IMG/VR virus record: IMGVR_UViG_3300036045_000005
Coordinates: 1-64,000 of that record
DNA: 64,000 nucleotides
Strand: one strand, 5' to 3'
Origin: a virus
The notes under the pieces were generated by a model. It was not told the DNA's origin. It saw nothing but the letters and a program-made list of their open reading frames with translations, and did not search any database. The translations under genes were made by a program, and so were the position numbers. Shown in pieces: positions 17,167-26,672 of this stretch. Numbering within the stretch: the first letter of the stretch is position 1; each line of letters opens with the position of its first letter.

Positions 17167-18970
17167 AAGTTCAACACTCTCAATTACCGATATGTTTTGT
17201 GGGGCGGGCGGGAGCAGCCAGGGGGCGCGTCGCCTGGGGCTGGATGTGCAGCTTGCCATGAATCATTGGCGGCTGGCCGTCGAAACTCACAACTCGAATT
17301 TCCCTGACACCCATCACGACGTGGCCGATTTACGCATCGTCCACCCCGGCCGTTACTGGTCAACCAACATATTACTGGCTTCGCCTGAGTGTACCAATCA
17401 CTCCATTGCCAAAGGCGCGAAGCGTCGCCGGGGCCAGCTTTCGCTGCTTGAAGATGAGCAGGTGGACCCCTCGGCCGTGCGCTCTCGTGCCACCATGTGG
17501 AACGTGCCGGAATACGCCGAACACCATAATTACGACATCATCATCGTGGAAAACGTCGTGGATGCCCGCCACTGGCGGCCGTGGGATGGCTGGCTAACGG
17601 CGATGCGCAACCTGGGTTACGAGCATGAGGTTGTCTATCTCAACAGCATGTTCGCCCACATGCGGCCGTTGCCCAACCCGCGCTATGGGGATTTTGCGCC
17701 GCAGTCACGCGACCGGCTGTACGTTGTTTTCTGGAAGAGGGGGAACAAGAAGCCGGACTTAGAGATACGGCCGTTGGCCCACTGCCCCCAACATGGCAAT
17801 GTGGAGGCGGTGCAAAGCTGGAAGAAACGGCCAGGCGATCCCTTCTGGCGCTGGGGCAGGTATGGAGCGCAGTACGTCTATCGCTGCCCGCATTGCGGGC
17901 AGGAGATTACGCCCTACTACTACGCCGCCGCCAATGCCATTGATTGGTGTTTACCAGCCGAGCGTATTGGTGACCGGGCACGGCCGCTTAAGGAGCGCAC
18001 TCTGCAACGCATCCAGCGTGGGCTGGAGATGTTTGCCGGGCAGCACCTGGTGGTTGACCTGGCCTACACACACGGCCACAACAATCGGAGTGTGCCCCTC
18101 TTCCGGGCATCCCTGCCCACCCAAACAACAGCAAGTACGGCCGCGTTGCTCATGCTGCCCTTCACCGTTGAGACATTGTTCACCGATGGCGAACGGCTGC
18201 CCCGGCCGGTTGACGAGGCCCTGGCCACCCAGACAACGCGCCAGAGTACGGCCGTTGTTACTCCGCCGTTTCTGACCAGTGTCAACTATTACGACGACAT
18301 TGTGCGGGGGGTGGATGGGGCTTTGCCGACACAAACAACAAGCGAGAAACTGGCGGTAACGTTGCCACCTTTCCTGACCATCAACTACAGCCCTGGCTAT
18401 AGCAAGGCGGTTGATGAGGCTCTGGCAACCGTGACAGCGCAAGACCATCACGGGTTGGTGATACCACCCTTCCTCCTGGGGTATGCCAACCAGGAAGGCC
18501 CGGCGAAGGGAGTGGACGAACCTCTCCGTACTTTCCATACGGAGAATGGGCAGGCATTGGTTATGCCCTTCATCGCCAGTTTGCACGGAACAACCAACGG
18601 CATGGCTCTCCCCAAAGGCGTGGATGATCCTCTCGCCACCTTTGCGGCCGGTGGCAACCATCACGGCCTTGTTGTCCCATTCACCCTCAGCTACTACGGG
18701 GCGAATGGCAATGAGCGGCCGGTTGACCGGGAGATGGGCACGGTGACAACGACTGACCGCCACGCGCTGGTGCAGCCGGGGCAGGAAATACGAGTTGAGG
18801 ACTGTGGCTTCCGCATGTTGGAGCCGGGCGAGATTGGCCGGGGGATGGCTTTCGATAACGAATATATCGTTCTAGGTAACAAGCGGGAGCAGGTGCGGCA
18901 ATACGGCAATGCGGTTACGCCCATTGCCGAGGAACTATTATTGGAGCGTTGCGTGGCGACGCTGTTGTAA
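17156..18970 (+). CDS. DNA (cytosine-5) methyltransferase with a repeated variable region
   Basis: DMFCGAGG, ASPECT, ENV, QSRDR, QYGNAV; about 7 repeats of the type PF...VDE(P/A)L.T.T. Confidence 0.92.
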   Translation: MPRKSSTLSITDMFCGAGGSSQGARRLGLDVQLAMNHWRLAVETHNSNFPDTHHDVADLRIVHPGRYWSTNILLASPECTNHSIAKGAKRRRGQLSLLEDEQVDPSAVRSRATMWNVPEYAEHHNYDIIIVENVVDARHWRPWDGWLTAMRNLGYEHEVVYLNSMFAHMRPLPNPRYGDFAPQSRDRLYVVFWKRGNKKPDLEIRPLAHCPQHGNVEAVQSWKKRPGDPFWRWGRYGAQYVYRCPHCGQEITPYYYAAANAIDWCLPAERIGDRARPLKERTLQRIQRGLEMFAGQHLVVDLAYTHGHNNRSVPLFRASLPTQTTASTAALLMLPFTVETLFTDGERLPRPVDEALATQTTRQSTAVVTPPFLTSVNYYDDIVRGVDGALPTQTTSEKLAVTLPPFLTINYSPGYSKAVDEALATVTAQDHHGLVIPPFLLGYANQEGPAKGVDEPLRTFHTENGQALVMPFIASLHGTTNGMALPKGVDDPLATFAAGGNHHGLVVPFTLSYYGANGNERPVDREMGTVTTTDRHALVQPGQEIRVEDCGFRMLEPGEIGRGMAFDNEYIVLGNKREQVRQYGNAVTPIAEELLLERCVATLL

Positions 18971-18979
18971 GGAGCAACA

Positions 18980-19258
18980 ATGTACACATCTAAACAAAAA
19001 CAATACATAGATAGCGTAGACGGCCGTGCCCACCAAAGCGCGGTGGAAATTATCGGCCAACTTGAGGCAGAGATTGCGGCAATACGGCCGGTAGCAGAAG
19101 CGGCGGCAAGCCTTCGCGCTCACAACATGAAGACCCGTCAAAAATACGGGGCAAGTCCGATAGATTCTGTGAACAAAGTCATTGGCGATCTTGTTGTTGG
19201 CCTCGAGGAAGCGGTGGATGCTGCCAGCATTGCCGGTTATTTGGAGATACGGCCGTGA
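18980..19258 (+). CDS. Hypothetical protein
   Basis: AAGGAG SD. Confidence 0.6.
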   Translation: MYTSKQKQYIDSVDGRAHQSAVEIIGQLEAEIAAIRPVAEAAASLRAHNMKTRQKYGASPIDSVNKVIGDLVVGLEEAVDAASIAGYLEIRP

Positions 19259-19279
19259 CCCGAATCCACTGATAGAAGG

Positions 19280-19612
19280 ATGGCAAGCATGATCTTCGAG
19301 ACGCTAAACGAATCCAACGAACAGGGCGAATTACTGCTGGTGGATGGGGGGATGTGTCACTTCCACCTGCGGCGTGATGGGCAACTGACCATTCGGGAAA
19401 TCATTGTACAGCACGGCCGTCAGGGGCAGGGCATTGGCGCGGCGATGCTAACCCGACTGGCCTCTCTGCCAGGAGCGACCAACCTTTTTGCTAAATGCCC
19501 GGCTAACCTGCGGGCGAATGATTGGTACAAGAGAATGGGCTTTGTTCTGGAAGGGCAGGAAACCACCAAGAACGGCCGTGTGCTGAACCTATGGCGACTG
19601 CAATTGAACTAA
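19280..19612 (+). CDS. GNAT-family acetyltransferase
   Basis: QGQGIGAAML acetyl-CoA motif, ANDWYKRMGF. Confidence 0.85.
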   Translation: MASMIFETLNESNEQGELLLVDGGMCHFHLRRDGQLTIREIIVQHGRQGQGIGAAMLTRLASLPGATNLFAKCPANLRANDWYKRMGFVLEGQETTKNGRVLNLWRLQLN

Positions 19613-20346
19613 TCTACTGCGGCGGTGGTAATCCGCGCTTTTATGAAATCGCCAGAGATGCAGGCTTTCTTTATGGCGCACAGTTGCCGGATACTGTCTA
19701 TGGCCCCCTGCACTTTGCTGACCAGGATTGGAAGAAGCCCAACCGGGATGCTTATATGGCAGCTCTGGCGCAGCACCGTCCACACATGGCTTCGGTGCTG
19801 GATTGGGAGCAACCAGAGCAATTGTCCGAAGTCCTGGATTGGGCAGAGCAAGCCACCCAGTACGTTAATGTAATCATGCTCATCCCCAAAGTGGTTGGCG
19901 GTGTTGCCCGGTTGCCCCGTATGATAGGCGGCAAAGAGGTTCGCCTAGGCTACAGTGTACCAACCAATCACGGTGGCACGGCCGTACCAGTTTGGGAGTT
20001 TCATGGCTGGCCGGTACACCTGCTTGGCGGTAGTCCGCAAGAGCAGATGGCTCTTGCCGGTGGCTATCACCGGAAGCGGAAAGCGAACCAACGCGATTTA
20101 TTCCGCTCTCACCTGCATGTAATCAGCGTCGACGGAAACATGATGCAAAAAATGGCGACGCGATTTTGTGCCTTTTGGGATAGCTCGAAAACATCGCTGC
20201 GTGGGTACTGGCCCACGATTCAGGAGTTTGACGGCCGTGCCTGGGGAGATGGTGGAGCCGGTGCTGATGCCCCCTATGAGGCGTTTCGTCGGTCATGCCT
20301 GAATATCATGCAGGCATGGAAGGAGATACAAGGGAGGCAAGCATGA
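19591..20346 (+). CDS. DUF6610-like protein (possible TGT-related TIM barrel)
   Basis: FADQDW, P..ASVLD, IPK, GYSVPT.HGG, VHLLGGSP..Q, SVDGN; overlaps the GNAT gene. Confidence 0.65.
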   Translation: MATAIELIYCGGGNPRFYEIARDAGFLYGAQLPDTVYGPLHFADQDWKKPNRDAYMAALAQHRPHMASVLDWEQPEQLSEVLDWAEQATQYVNVIMLIPKVVGGVARLPRMIGGKEVRLGYSVPTNHGGTAVPVWEFHGWPVHLLGGSPQEQMALAGGYHRKRKANQRDLFRSHLHVISVDGNMMQKMATRFCAFWDSSKTSLRGYWPTIQEFDGRAWGDGGAGADAPYEAFRRSCLNIMQAWKEIQGRQA

Positions 20347-20567
20347 AGCCAACCAATACCATCTCCCTTCAATACGCCATGATCGCTGACGAACTTGGCT
20401 CGATCAAATTCCGACAGAAGCGAGCCTCTATTTTAGGTGAAAGGCTGCTTGCTGATGACGAATACGAGGCGGTGGTTGAGCATCTGCAAACCGAAATACA
20501 GCGTCTACGCGCTCTGGGCAATGGCCGTCCCTGGCCGCAGCAGATGAGTTTGTTTTTAGGAGCATGA
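20343..20567 (+). CDS. Hypothetical protein
   Basis: GGAGG SD; ATGA overlap. Confidence 0.6.
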   Translation: MKPTNTISLQYAMIADELGSIKFRQKRASILGERLLADDEYEAVVEHLQTEIQRLRALGNGRPWPQQMSLFLGA

Positions 20568-20568
20568 G

Positions 20569-21075
20569 ATGAAACACGAACCAGGAATGAAAGTTTTGAT
20601 AATTGAAGATTGCAGACCGGACGGCAAGGCCGCTGGTCAAATCGGGACTTATGAAGGCGATCAGCCATATTCCGTTAATGTTTCGATCTATAGCGTAGAT
20701 AGGGAGTTTGACTATAAATCGTTTATGAAGTGGAACGATGAACAAGACAATCCGCTCCCGGCATTGGGCGATGTGAATTTTGATGATGACCCTTGCCCAC
20801 AACCGGAAGGAAACGATCTCCACGCTGCTTTTGAACACTTTGAAAAATGGACGGAGTGGGCTGAACGAAATAAATACAGAATGGCTTACTACGTGGTGCG
20901 GGAGAATCCACAGATCCACCTTGATGACGGGTCTGTGATTTGGGGTATTGAATGTTGGTGGACACCAGTAGATGGTGCCCCACCATTAGAAGAAGCACAG
21001 CGTCAAACCGAAGAAACCAAGAGCTTGTTCAGGAAACTATTAGCGGGTGAGGGTGAGGAGGAGCGGTATGAGTAA
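20569..21075 (+). CDS. Hypothetical protein
   Basis: AGGAG SD; NPQI.LDDGSVIWGIECWW motif. Confidence 0.7.
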   Translation: MKHEPGMKVLIIEDCRPDGKAAGQIGTYEGDQPYSVNVSIYSVDREFDYKSFMKWNDEQDNPLPALGDVNFDDDPCPQPEGNDLHAAFEHFEKWTEWAERNKYRMAYYVVRENPQIHLDDGSVIWGIECWWTPVDGAPPLEEAQRQTEETKSLFRKLLAGEGEEERYE

Positions 21076-21328
21076 GAAAAACCCCAACAAAACCAGATGG
21101 AAAAGGCCGCGCAATAGACCAGCCAAACGTCTGGCTGAGGCTGATGAGGAACAGGTGCGCCGTTGGCACAACTTGTATGCAATAGGCATGGGTATCCGTG
21201 AAGTGGCGGCTCGTGGCGGTGTCAACCCACAGGCTCTTATTGCCCGATTTCACGAACTTGGCTACGAAGTGCGGCCGGGAGGTGGTAGCCTGCTCCGCCG
21301 CTTTAACGAACAGGAGGAACGGCCGTGA
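21068..21328 (+). CDS. Small HTH protein
   Basis: GMGIREVAARGGVNPQALIARF. Confidence 0.65.
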   Translation: MSKKNPNKTRWKRPRNRPAKRLAEADEEQVRRWHNLYAIGMGIREVAARGGVNPQALIARFHELGYEVRPGGGSLLRRFNEQEERP

Positions 21329-21633
21329 CTATCTACGTAGGCGACTTATGCCAATACCCTACACGGCACGGCCGTTGGTGCCACATGATGACCGATCAGG
21401 ACGATCTGACGGAGTTACATGAGATGGCAAAGCAGTTAGGCATCCGTGCCTTCTTCCGGTCTCACCGGCTGCACCCGCATTACGACCTGGTGGCCAGCAA
21501 ACGGGAGCGGGCGATTACGTTGGGCGCGGTAGCGGTGAGCAGCGAGGAAATGGTGAAGAAGTGTAGCCGGTTATTCACCCATACTTTAGATGCCCTAAAC
21601 CCTATACTGGAATCAGAGGGGGAACGGCCGTGA
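21325..21633 (+). CDS. DUF4031-like protein
   Basis: IYV, WCHMMTD...ELHEMA..LGI, HYDL...KR..AI.LGAV. Confidence 0.85.
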   Translation: MTIYVGDLCQYPTRHGRWCHMMTDQDDLTELHEMAKQLGIRAFFRSHRLHPHYDLVASKRERAITLGAVAVSSEEMVKKCSRLFTHTLDALNPILESEGERP

Positions 21634-21878
21634 ACGAGCAACAATTCATGATAACGCTGGGGCAGCGCATCAGGTACGCTCGTATGCGAGCCGGGCTAAC
21701 TCAGCAAAAATTATCCAAGCGAGTCGGAGTATCACGTGCCCAAATTACCAACATCGAGCGAGGCGTGGGCGGGGCCTCACTGTGGACGATTGCTCGGATT
21801 GCTGCGGGCTGCGAGATTGATTTACATACGTTGCTCAATCCCAGTGTTTTACCGCACAGAGAGGAGGAACGGCCGTGA
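21630..21878 (+). CDS. XRE-family HTH regulator
   Basis: LGQRIRYARMRAGLTQQKLS..VGVSRAQITNIERG. Confidence 0.9.
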   Translation: MNEQQFMITLGQRIRYARMRAGLTQQKLSKRVGVSRAQITNIERGVGGASLWTIARIAAGCEIDLHTLLNPSVLPHREEERP

Positions 21879-22453
21879 GCTACACTATCATCTACGCCGA
21901 TCCTCCCTGGGTATTCAATAACAAAAACACTGGCGGGTCTATGATTTCTGGTGCGTCGGCACAGTACAAAGTGATGTCGGCAAGTGACATTGCGCGTTTG
22001 CCAGTCGCCTCTATTGCGGCTGACAACAGTATCCTGTTCATGTGGTGGGTTGCCAGCCAGCCACAAGAAGCCCTAGATGTGGTGCGGGGGTGGGGGTTTA
22101 CGCTAAAGACCATGACCGGCTTTGTCTGGAACAAACAGACAAAAAACGGGTTGCCCTTCTTTGGCATGGGCTTCTATACCCGGCAAGGCAGCGAGAACTG
22201 CCTGATCGCCGTCCGGGGCAAGCCACAACGGATTGATGCTAGTGTCCGCGCAGTGGTATCTGCTCCAGTGGGTAAACACTCAGAAAAGCCGGGCATCTTC
22301 CGTGAGCGGATTGTAGAACTGATGGGCGATGTTCCGAGAGTTGAATTGTTCGCCAGATGCAAACTGCCTGGCTGGGACGTTTGGGGAAACGAGGTGAGAA
22401 GCGACATCGAATTAGAGAAAGCTGTGCCAATTGCGCCGGGGTGGAAGGAATAA
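21875..22453 (+). CDS. MT-A70-family adenine methyltransferase
   Basis: IYADPPW, LFMW, WGF, GMGFYTR, HSEKP, ELFAR, GWDVWGNE. Confidence 0.92.
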   Translation: MSYTIIYADPPWVFNNKNTGGSMISGASAQYKVMSASDIARLPVASIAADNSILFMWWVASQPQEALDVVRGWGFTLKTMTGFVWNKQTKNGLPFFGMGFYTRQGSENCLIAVRGKPQRIDASVRAVVSAPVGKHSEKPGIFRERIVELMGDVPRVELFARCKLPGWDVWGNEVRSDIELEKAVPIAPGWKE

Positions 22454-22523
22454 TGCCCCATTGCGCCAGAAAATTAAATATAATAAAATCAAACTAATTC
22501 AAAACCAGACTGTGAGGGAATCC

Positions 22524-22850
22524 ATGAACAAGAGACATCTCCCCGCTCTGATCGCCTTTTTGATTCTGTTGTCGGTGACAACGGCCGTCGCTGCCAAAAC
22601 TGTGCCCGGTAAGGCGCGGCAAATCACACAAACTGGTCGGTTAACGGTGGAAGTGATTGCCGGGCAAGATACGCTGACCGCCTTATCCCTATCTGGCTTT
22701 ACAGAGCCGCCGGTGGTTGTTTGTGGCGGCACAGACCAGGTAGTGTTGGTGATGTGCCAATCGCTGGGGTCGGACGTGGCCGGAGTGTGGGTGCGTTCGG
22801 TGGAGTTCACCGGGCAGATGACCATTAACTGGATTGCTGAGGGGGAGTAA
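22524..22850 (+). CDS. Secreted hypothetical protein
   Basis: Signal peptide MNKRHLPALIAFLILLSVTTAVAA; TATAAT at 22479 upstream. Confidence 0.65.
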   Translation: MNKRHLPALIAFLILLSVTTAVAAKTVPGKARQITQTGRLTVEVIAGQDTLTALSLSGFTEPPVVVCGGTDQVVLVMCQSLGSDVAGVWVRSVEFTGQMTINWIAEGE

Positions 22851-22854
22851 CCAT

Positions 22855-23478
22855 ATGGATTACGAGATTACAAAGATCGGCCACCGTCTGACTATAAAGG
22901 TTATTGACATAGGTCTCGCGGGTAGAGAGACATTACACGGGATCGTCTTGAACCCGACCGAACGGGGTGTTGACCGGTCTGTAGTTGAGAAGTATCTCCA
23001 ATCCCTCATCAATCACATCACCTATGTCCGCGAGGCTGGCCTGCAAATAGGGGTCAACCCACAACAACTAGCAGAACATGATGCCTCTAAATTCTCCCTG
23101 CAGGAGTTTCCCCAATACGCCCGTCAATACGCAGGAGATAGCGGTGATCCAGACGGCTGGGCCAACGCCTGGCTGCACCATATCCACCACAACCCCCATC
23201 ATTGGCAGTATTACATCTTCCCTGACGGCTACAGCCCGAAGGGGAGCAAGGTAGAGAATGGGGCCGTGCCAATGCCGCCCCACTTCGCCCTGGAAATGGT
23301 CGCTGATTGGATGGGCGCAAGTATGGCTTACACTGGTTCGTTCGATATGACCGACTGGCTGGTTAAAAACATGTCACGTATTCGCCTGCACAGCGAAACA
23401 GCCGATTTTGTGAACAACACCCTGGATATGCTGGGCTACGCCGATGTGGTGTGGATGCAACGGTGGGCAGGTGCATGA
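22855..23478 (+). CDS. HD-superfamily (DUF5662-like) protein
   Basis: HI..V, EHDASKF, WLHH..HNPHHWQY, EMVADW. Confidence 0.8.
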   Translation: MDYEITKIGHRLTIKVIDIGLAGRETLHGIVLNPTERGVDRSVVEKYLQSLINHITYVREAGLQIGVNPQQLAEHDASKFSLQEFPQYARQYAGDSGDPDGWANAWLHHIHHNPHHWQYYIFPDGYSPKGSKVENGAVPMPPHFALEMVADWMGASMAYTGSFDMTDWLVKNMSRIRLHSETADFVNNTLDMLGYADVVWMQRWAGA

Positions 23479-23885
23479 GCCGAACCTCTCCTCTCTTGAC
23501 ATGCCCTCATTGCGGGCAATCCATGAGGCGAACAGAACCGGAACTGACAACGGCCGCCAATCATCGCTATCGTTGTCAGTGCGGCCGTTTTTATGAATGG
23601 ACACCAAGCGATTCTGCTACGGATAGTAACCGATTGATCCAGATTAACTATGTTTTTGACACCACAGGTACAGCCCACCAGGAGACCATGAAAGGACCTG
23701 GTTATAGACCACGAAACCATCCCTGCCATTTCCCTGTGGCAGCCCTGGGCGAGCCTGGCGGCGGTTGCTTGATGTGCAAAGAGTGGAAACAAAATGGATA
23801 CGGCAAATGGCGGCCGTATGCTATGCGCTTTTCCGATTACCGCCACAAAACAGCGGCAGCAGCACAGCAGGAGTATTGGCAGTGA
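23475..23885 (+). CDS. Zinc-ribbon hypothetical protein
   Basis: CPHCG...YRCQCG, CLMC. Confidence 0.6.
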   Translation: MSRTSPLLTCPHCGQSMRRTEPELTTAANHRYRCQCGRFYEWTPSDSATDSNRLIQINYVFDTTGTAHQETMKGPGYRPRNHPCHFPVAALGEPGGGCLMCKEWKQNGYGKWRPYAMRFSDYRHKTAAAAQQEYWQ

Positions 23886-23897
23886 CTTTGAGGCAAC

Positions 23898-24083
23898 ATG
23901 GTAAATTGTACCCAGGCGAGTGGCAACGGCCGTTCGCCTATCCCCGATAAACAAATGGAAAAAGAATTGATGCACTTGCGACGGCAACTCTCGAACATCG
24001 TCAAGCTGGCCATCCCGGCTCTTGAAAATGTTGAGGATTTGTTGCAATTGCCGGAAGATAAACGCATCAAAATCGAACGCTAA
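23898..24083 (+). CDS. Hypothetical protein
   Basis: GAGG SD; last gene before the terminase leader. Confidence 0.5.
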   Translation: MVNCTQASGNGRSPIPDKQMEKELMHLRRQLSNIVKLAIPALENVEDLLQLPEDKRIKIER

Positions 24084-24108
24084 CGGCGCAGAGGACTGCG
24101 CTTAACTC

Positions 24109-24172
24109 GCCCCTCTCGTAATTGACAGCGGCACATTTGATGGACAAATGTCCTGATGGTGTGCCGCTTTTT
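24109..24172 (+). promoter_or_regulatory. Late-operon leader/attenuator, copy 1 (before terS)
   Basis: GCCCCTCT...ACAGCGGCAC-loop-GTGCCGC-TTTTT. Confidence 0.65.
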
Positions 24173-24244
24173 ATTTGCCTTCGGATAGTGATATTTGCAG
24201 GCGAATGATACAGAAGGGACTTGTGAGACGCATAGGAGCGAGAC

Positions 24245-24829
24245 GTGGCACAGCAAAACACGGCCGCAAAAATCAAACTGGCAGAGCGTCGGCAAATGGC
24301 GGCGGATTTACGCAAGACCGGCCTCTCCTTCCAGGCCATTGCCGACATGATGAGCCAGAGCCTGGGCATCCCCTATAACAAGGCGATGGCTCACCGGGAT
24401 GTGGTGCATGTGCTGGACGAACTGGTGGCGAAAACGTCGGAGACGGCCGAACAGATTTTATCGCTTGAGTTGCTGCGCCTGGATGATTTAACAGCCGCCT
24501 GGTGGCCGACGGCTGTTGGGTTAAAGCCGTTGGTGGGGGTTGACCTGGCAGACCCGGAGGCGGTCAGGCGGTGGCTTGATGCCAACCGGGAAACGCTCGA
24601 TAAGGACGCTGCCAAAATCATCCTGGATGTGATGGCACGGCGGGCCAAGATGCTGGGGCTGGATAAGGAGAATGTCAACCTGTTTACCCCTAAGCCTATC
24701 GTCATGGCTCATGCTGATTTAAGCGACGTTGAGGAAGATGACCTTGACCGTATCATCGCTAACCTACAAGCAGCAGTTGGCTTCCGCCCTGGTGGAGAAG
24801 CAACGGCGGACAACGCGGCCAGCAGTTAG
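24245..24829 (+). CDS. Putative terminase small subunit
   Basis: HTH (LRKTGLSFQAIA), LELLRLD, RRAKMLGLD; immediately upstream of terL. Confidence 0.75.
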   Translation: MAQQNTAAKIKLAERRQMAADLRKTGLSFQAIADMMSQSLGIPYNKAMAHRDVVHVLDELVAKTSETAEQILSLELLRLDDLTAAWWPTAVGLKPLVGVDLADPEAVRRWLDANRETLDKDAAKIILDVMARRAKMLGLDKENVNLFTPKPIVMAHADLSDVEEDDLDRIIANLQAAVGFRPGGEATADNAASS

Positions 24830-26405
24830 TAGCCGTCACACCCCTGGCCTTGATCTACTCTCCTGGACGGCCGTCTATCGCCGCGCCTTAAAACCCGGTG
24901 TGCCATTTGATCTGGTCAGCTACCCCTACCAAGCCGCGCTCTATGCTTGCACTGCTCAACGGATGGTGGTGATGAAGTGTGCCCAGGAGGGTATTAGCGA
25001 GTATGCGGTGAGCTACGCCATTCATGGCTGTGATCAGCGACGGGCTACGGTGTTGTATGTTTTCCCCACTGATACGGCCGTCAGCGACTTTTCTTCTGCC
25101 CGCATTGGCCCGGCGATTGAAGCCTCCAGCTATCTGGCGCGGGTTGTGGTGGATGGGGCAGGCAAGGAGAAAAGCGGCGCAGACCGAATCACCCTCAAGC
25201 GGATTCGTGACAACTTCCTGTATCTGCGTGGTGGGCACGTCAAACCGAACGGTCAGGCCCCGCAATTGAAATCGGTGGATGCGGACATCATCGTCCTGGA
25301 TGAGTGGGATGAGATGGACGGCCGTGCGCCAGCGATAGCCCGCAAACGGTTGGGCCATAGTGCCATTGCTGAGGAGCGGGACATCAGCACCCCAACCTAC
25401 GTTGGTCGGGGAATTCATGCTGAGTACCTGAAATCTGACCAGCGCGAATGGCACGTGCCTTGCCCCCATTGTGGCGAACGCCAGCCCATCACCATCAACC
25501 AGGTTGTGACGGAGTGGGATCAGCTGGAACGGCCGGTTGTCTGGCATGGGATGAAAGACGGCCGTGCCTTTGCTGCCTGCCGCAAGTGCGATGGGGAATT
25601 AGACCGCCTCGCTCCCGGAGAGTGGATTGCTGGCCAACCAGGTCAGCCAGTTGCAGGCTTCCACCTTTCCAAGTTGTTCAGTCCCACCGGAAACCTGGAC
25701 GCGATAGTGGCGGGTTTGCAGGAGGTGGACGAGACGAAGCGGCGGGAGACGGTAAACCAGGATTTGGGGCTACCTTACAAACCACGCGGGGCGAACATTA
25801 CCGATGTGGTGCTTGATGAGTGTCGCCGCGATTATGCCCATGGGCCGGTGCGGGGTGAGCGGCCGTTTATGGGAGTAGATGTGGGGCGGGTGCTGCATGT
25901 GGTCATTCGTGGGCCGCGTAATTCTGACGGTGAACGGCCGCAACGGTTTGCCGGGCATGCGGATAGCTTTGAAGAAGTCGGTCGTCTCGTTCACCAATAT
26001 AACGTGCAGACGGCCGTGATTGACGCTTTGCCGGAGACCCGTAAGGCGCGAGACTTGCAAGCCAGCTTCACAGACGGCCGTGTCTGGTTGGCTTATTACA
26101 CTGGCAGCGACGTGGGCACAAAGAAAGTAGAACCGGCTGATTGGAACGGCCGTGAGGGAGTGGTTAGTCTGGATAGAACCCGAATGATGGACATGACCCT
26201 GGCGCGGTTTATCGGCGGTGCGCCAGAGAACACCCTGCCTGCCTATGCTACCGACATCCCAGATTACTACGCCCAACTGAAAGCCCCGGTGCGCCAATTG
26301 GAAGATGGTATTGCCCGCTACGTGGAGAACGGGCCGGATCACTTCGCCCATGCGGAGAATTACTGCACGGCCGCCGCCCTGCGCGAAAGCTGGCTGTCAT
26401 GGTAG
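24738..26405 (+). CDS. terL: Terminase large subunit, GpA-like
   Basis: VVMKCAQEGISE, VLDEWDE, ISTPT, SDQREWHVPCPHCG, GFHLSKL, MGVDVG, DHFAHA. Confidence 0.92.
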   Translation: MTLTVSSLTYKQQLASALVEKQRRTTRPAVSSRHTPGLDLLSWTAVYRRALKPGVPFDLVSYPYQAALYACTAQRMVVMKCAQEGISEYAVSYAIHGCDQRRATVLYVFPTDTAVSDFSSARIGPAIEASSYLARVVVDGAGKEKSGADRITLKRIRDNFLYLRGGHVKPNGQAPQLKSVDADIIVLDEWDEMDGRAPAIARKRLGHSAIAEERDISTPTYVGRGIHAEYLKSDQREWHVPCPHCGERQPITINQVVTEWDQLERPVVWHGMKDGRAFAACRKCDGELDRLAPGEWIAGQPGQPVAGFHLSKLFSPTGNLDAIVAGLQEVDETKRRETVNQDLGLPYKPRGANITDVVLDECRRDYAHGPVRGERPFMGVDVGRVLHVVIRGPRNSDGERPQRFAGHADSFEEVGRLVHQYNVQTAVIDALPETRKARDLQASFTDGRVWLAYYTGSDVGTKKVEPADWNGREGVVSLDRTRMMDMTLARFIGGAPENTLPAYATDIPDYYAQLKAPVRQLEDGIARYVENGPDHFAHAENYCTAAALRESWLSW

Positions 26406-26441
26406 GAGTGGCGGGGTGGGTGCAGCCCAAAGGAGAACATC

Positions 26442-26672
26442 ATGCAAATTAAACAGTGGGTTGAACAGAAGACAGAGCGTATTACGGCGAAGGCGAGTGA
26501 AGTGCAAAGACAGGTGGCGGCAGAGACGGCCGTTGCCCGTGCTTTGGGCATCTCCGTGCGCCAACTTCGCCGCCGAATCAATCGGGAAGCGGCGAACACG
26601 GTTAGAGCCACCAAACCAGAACCACATTTCCGGGCGGGGTTGGTGGCTCGCCAGAAGAAGGCGCGGCCATGA
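26442..26672 (+). CDS. Small basic HTH-like protein
   Basis: VARALGISVRQLRR; AAGGAG SD. Confidence 0.6.
   Translation: MQIKQWVEQKTERITAKASEVQRQVAAETAVARALGISVRQLRRRINREAANTVRATKPEPHFRAGLVARQKKARP

Noticed and set aside
19591-20346. 7-deazaguanine (dpd/que) pathway
   Set aside because: No queC, queD, queE or folE in the window, and the similarity to DpdA is only at motif level.
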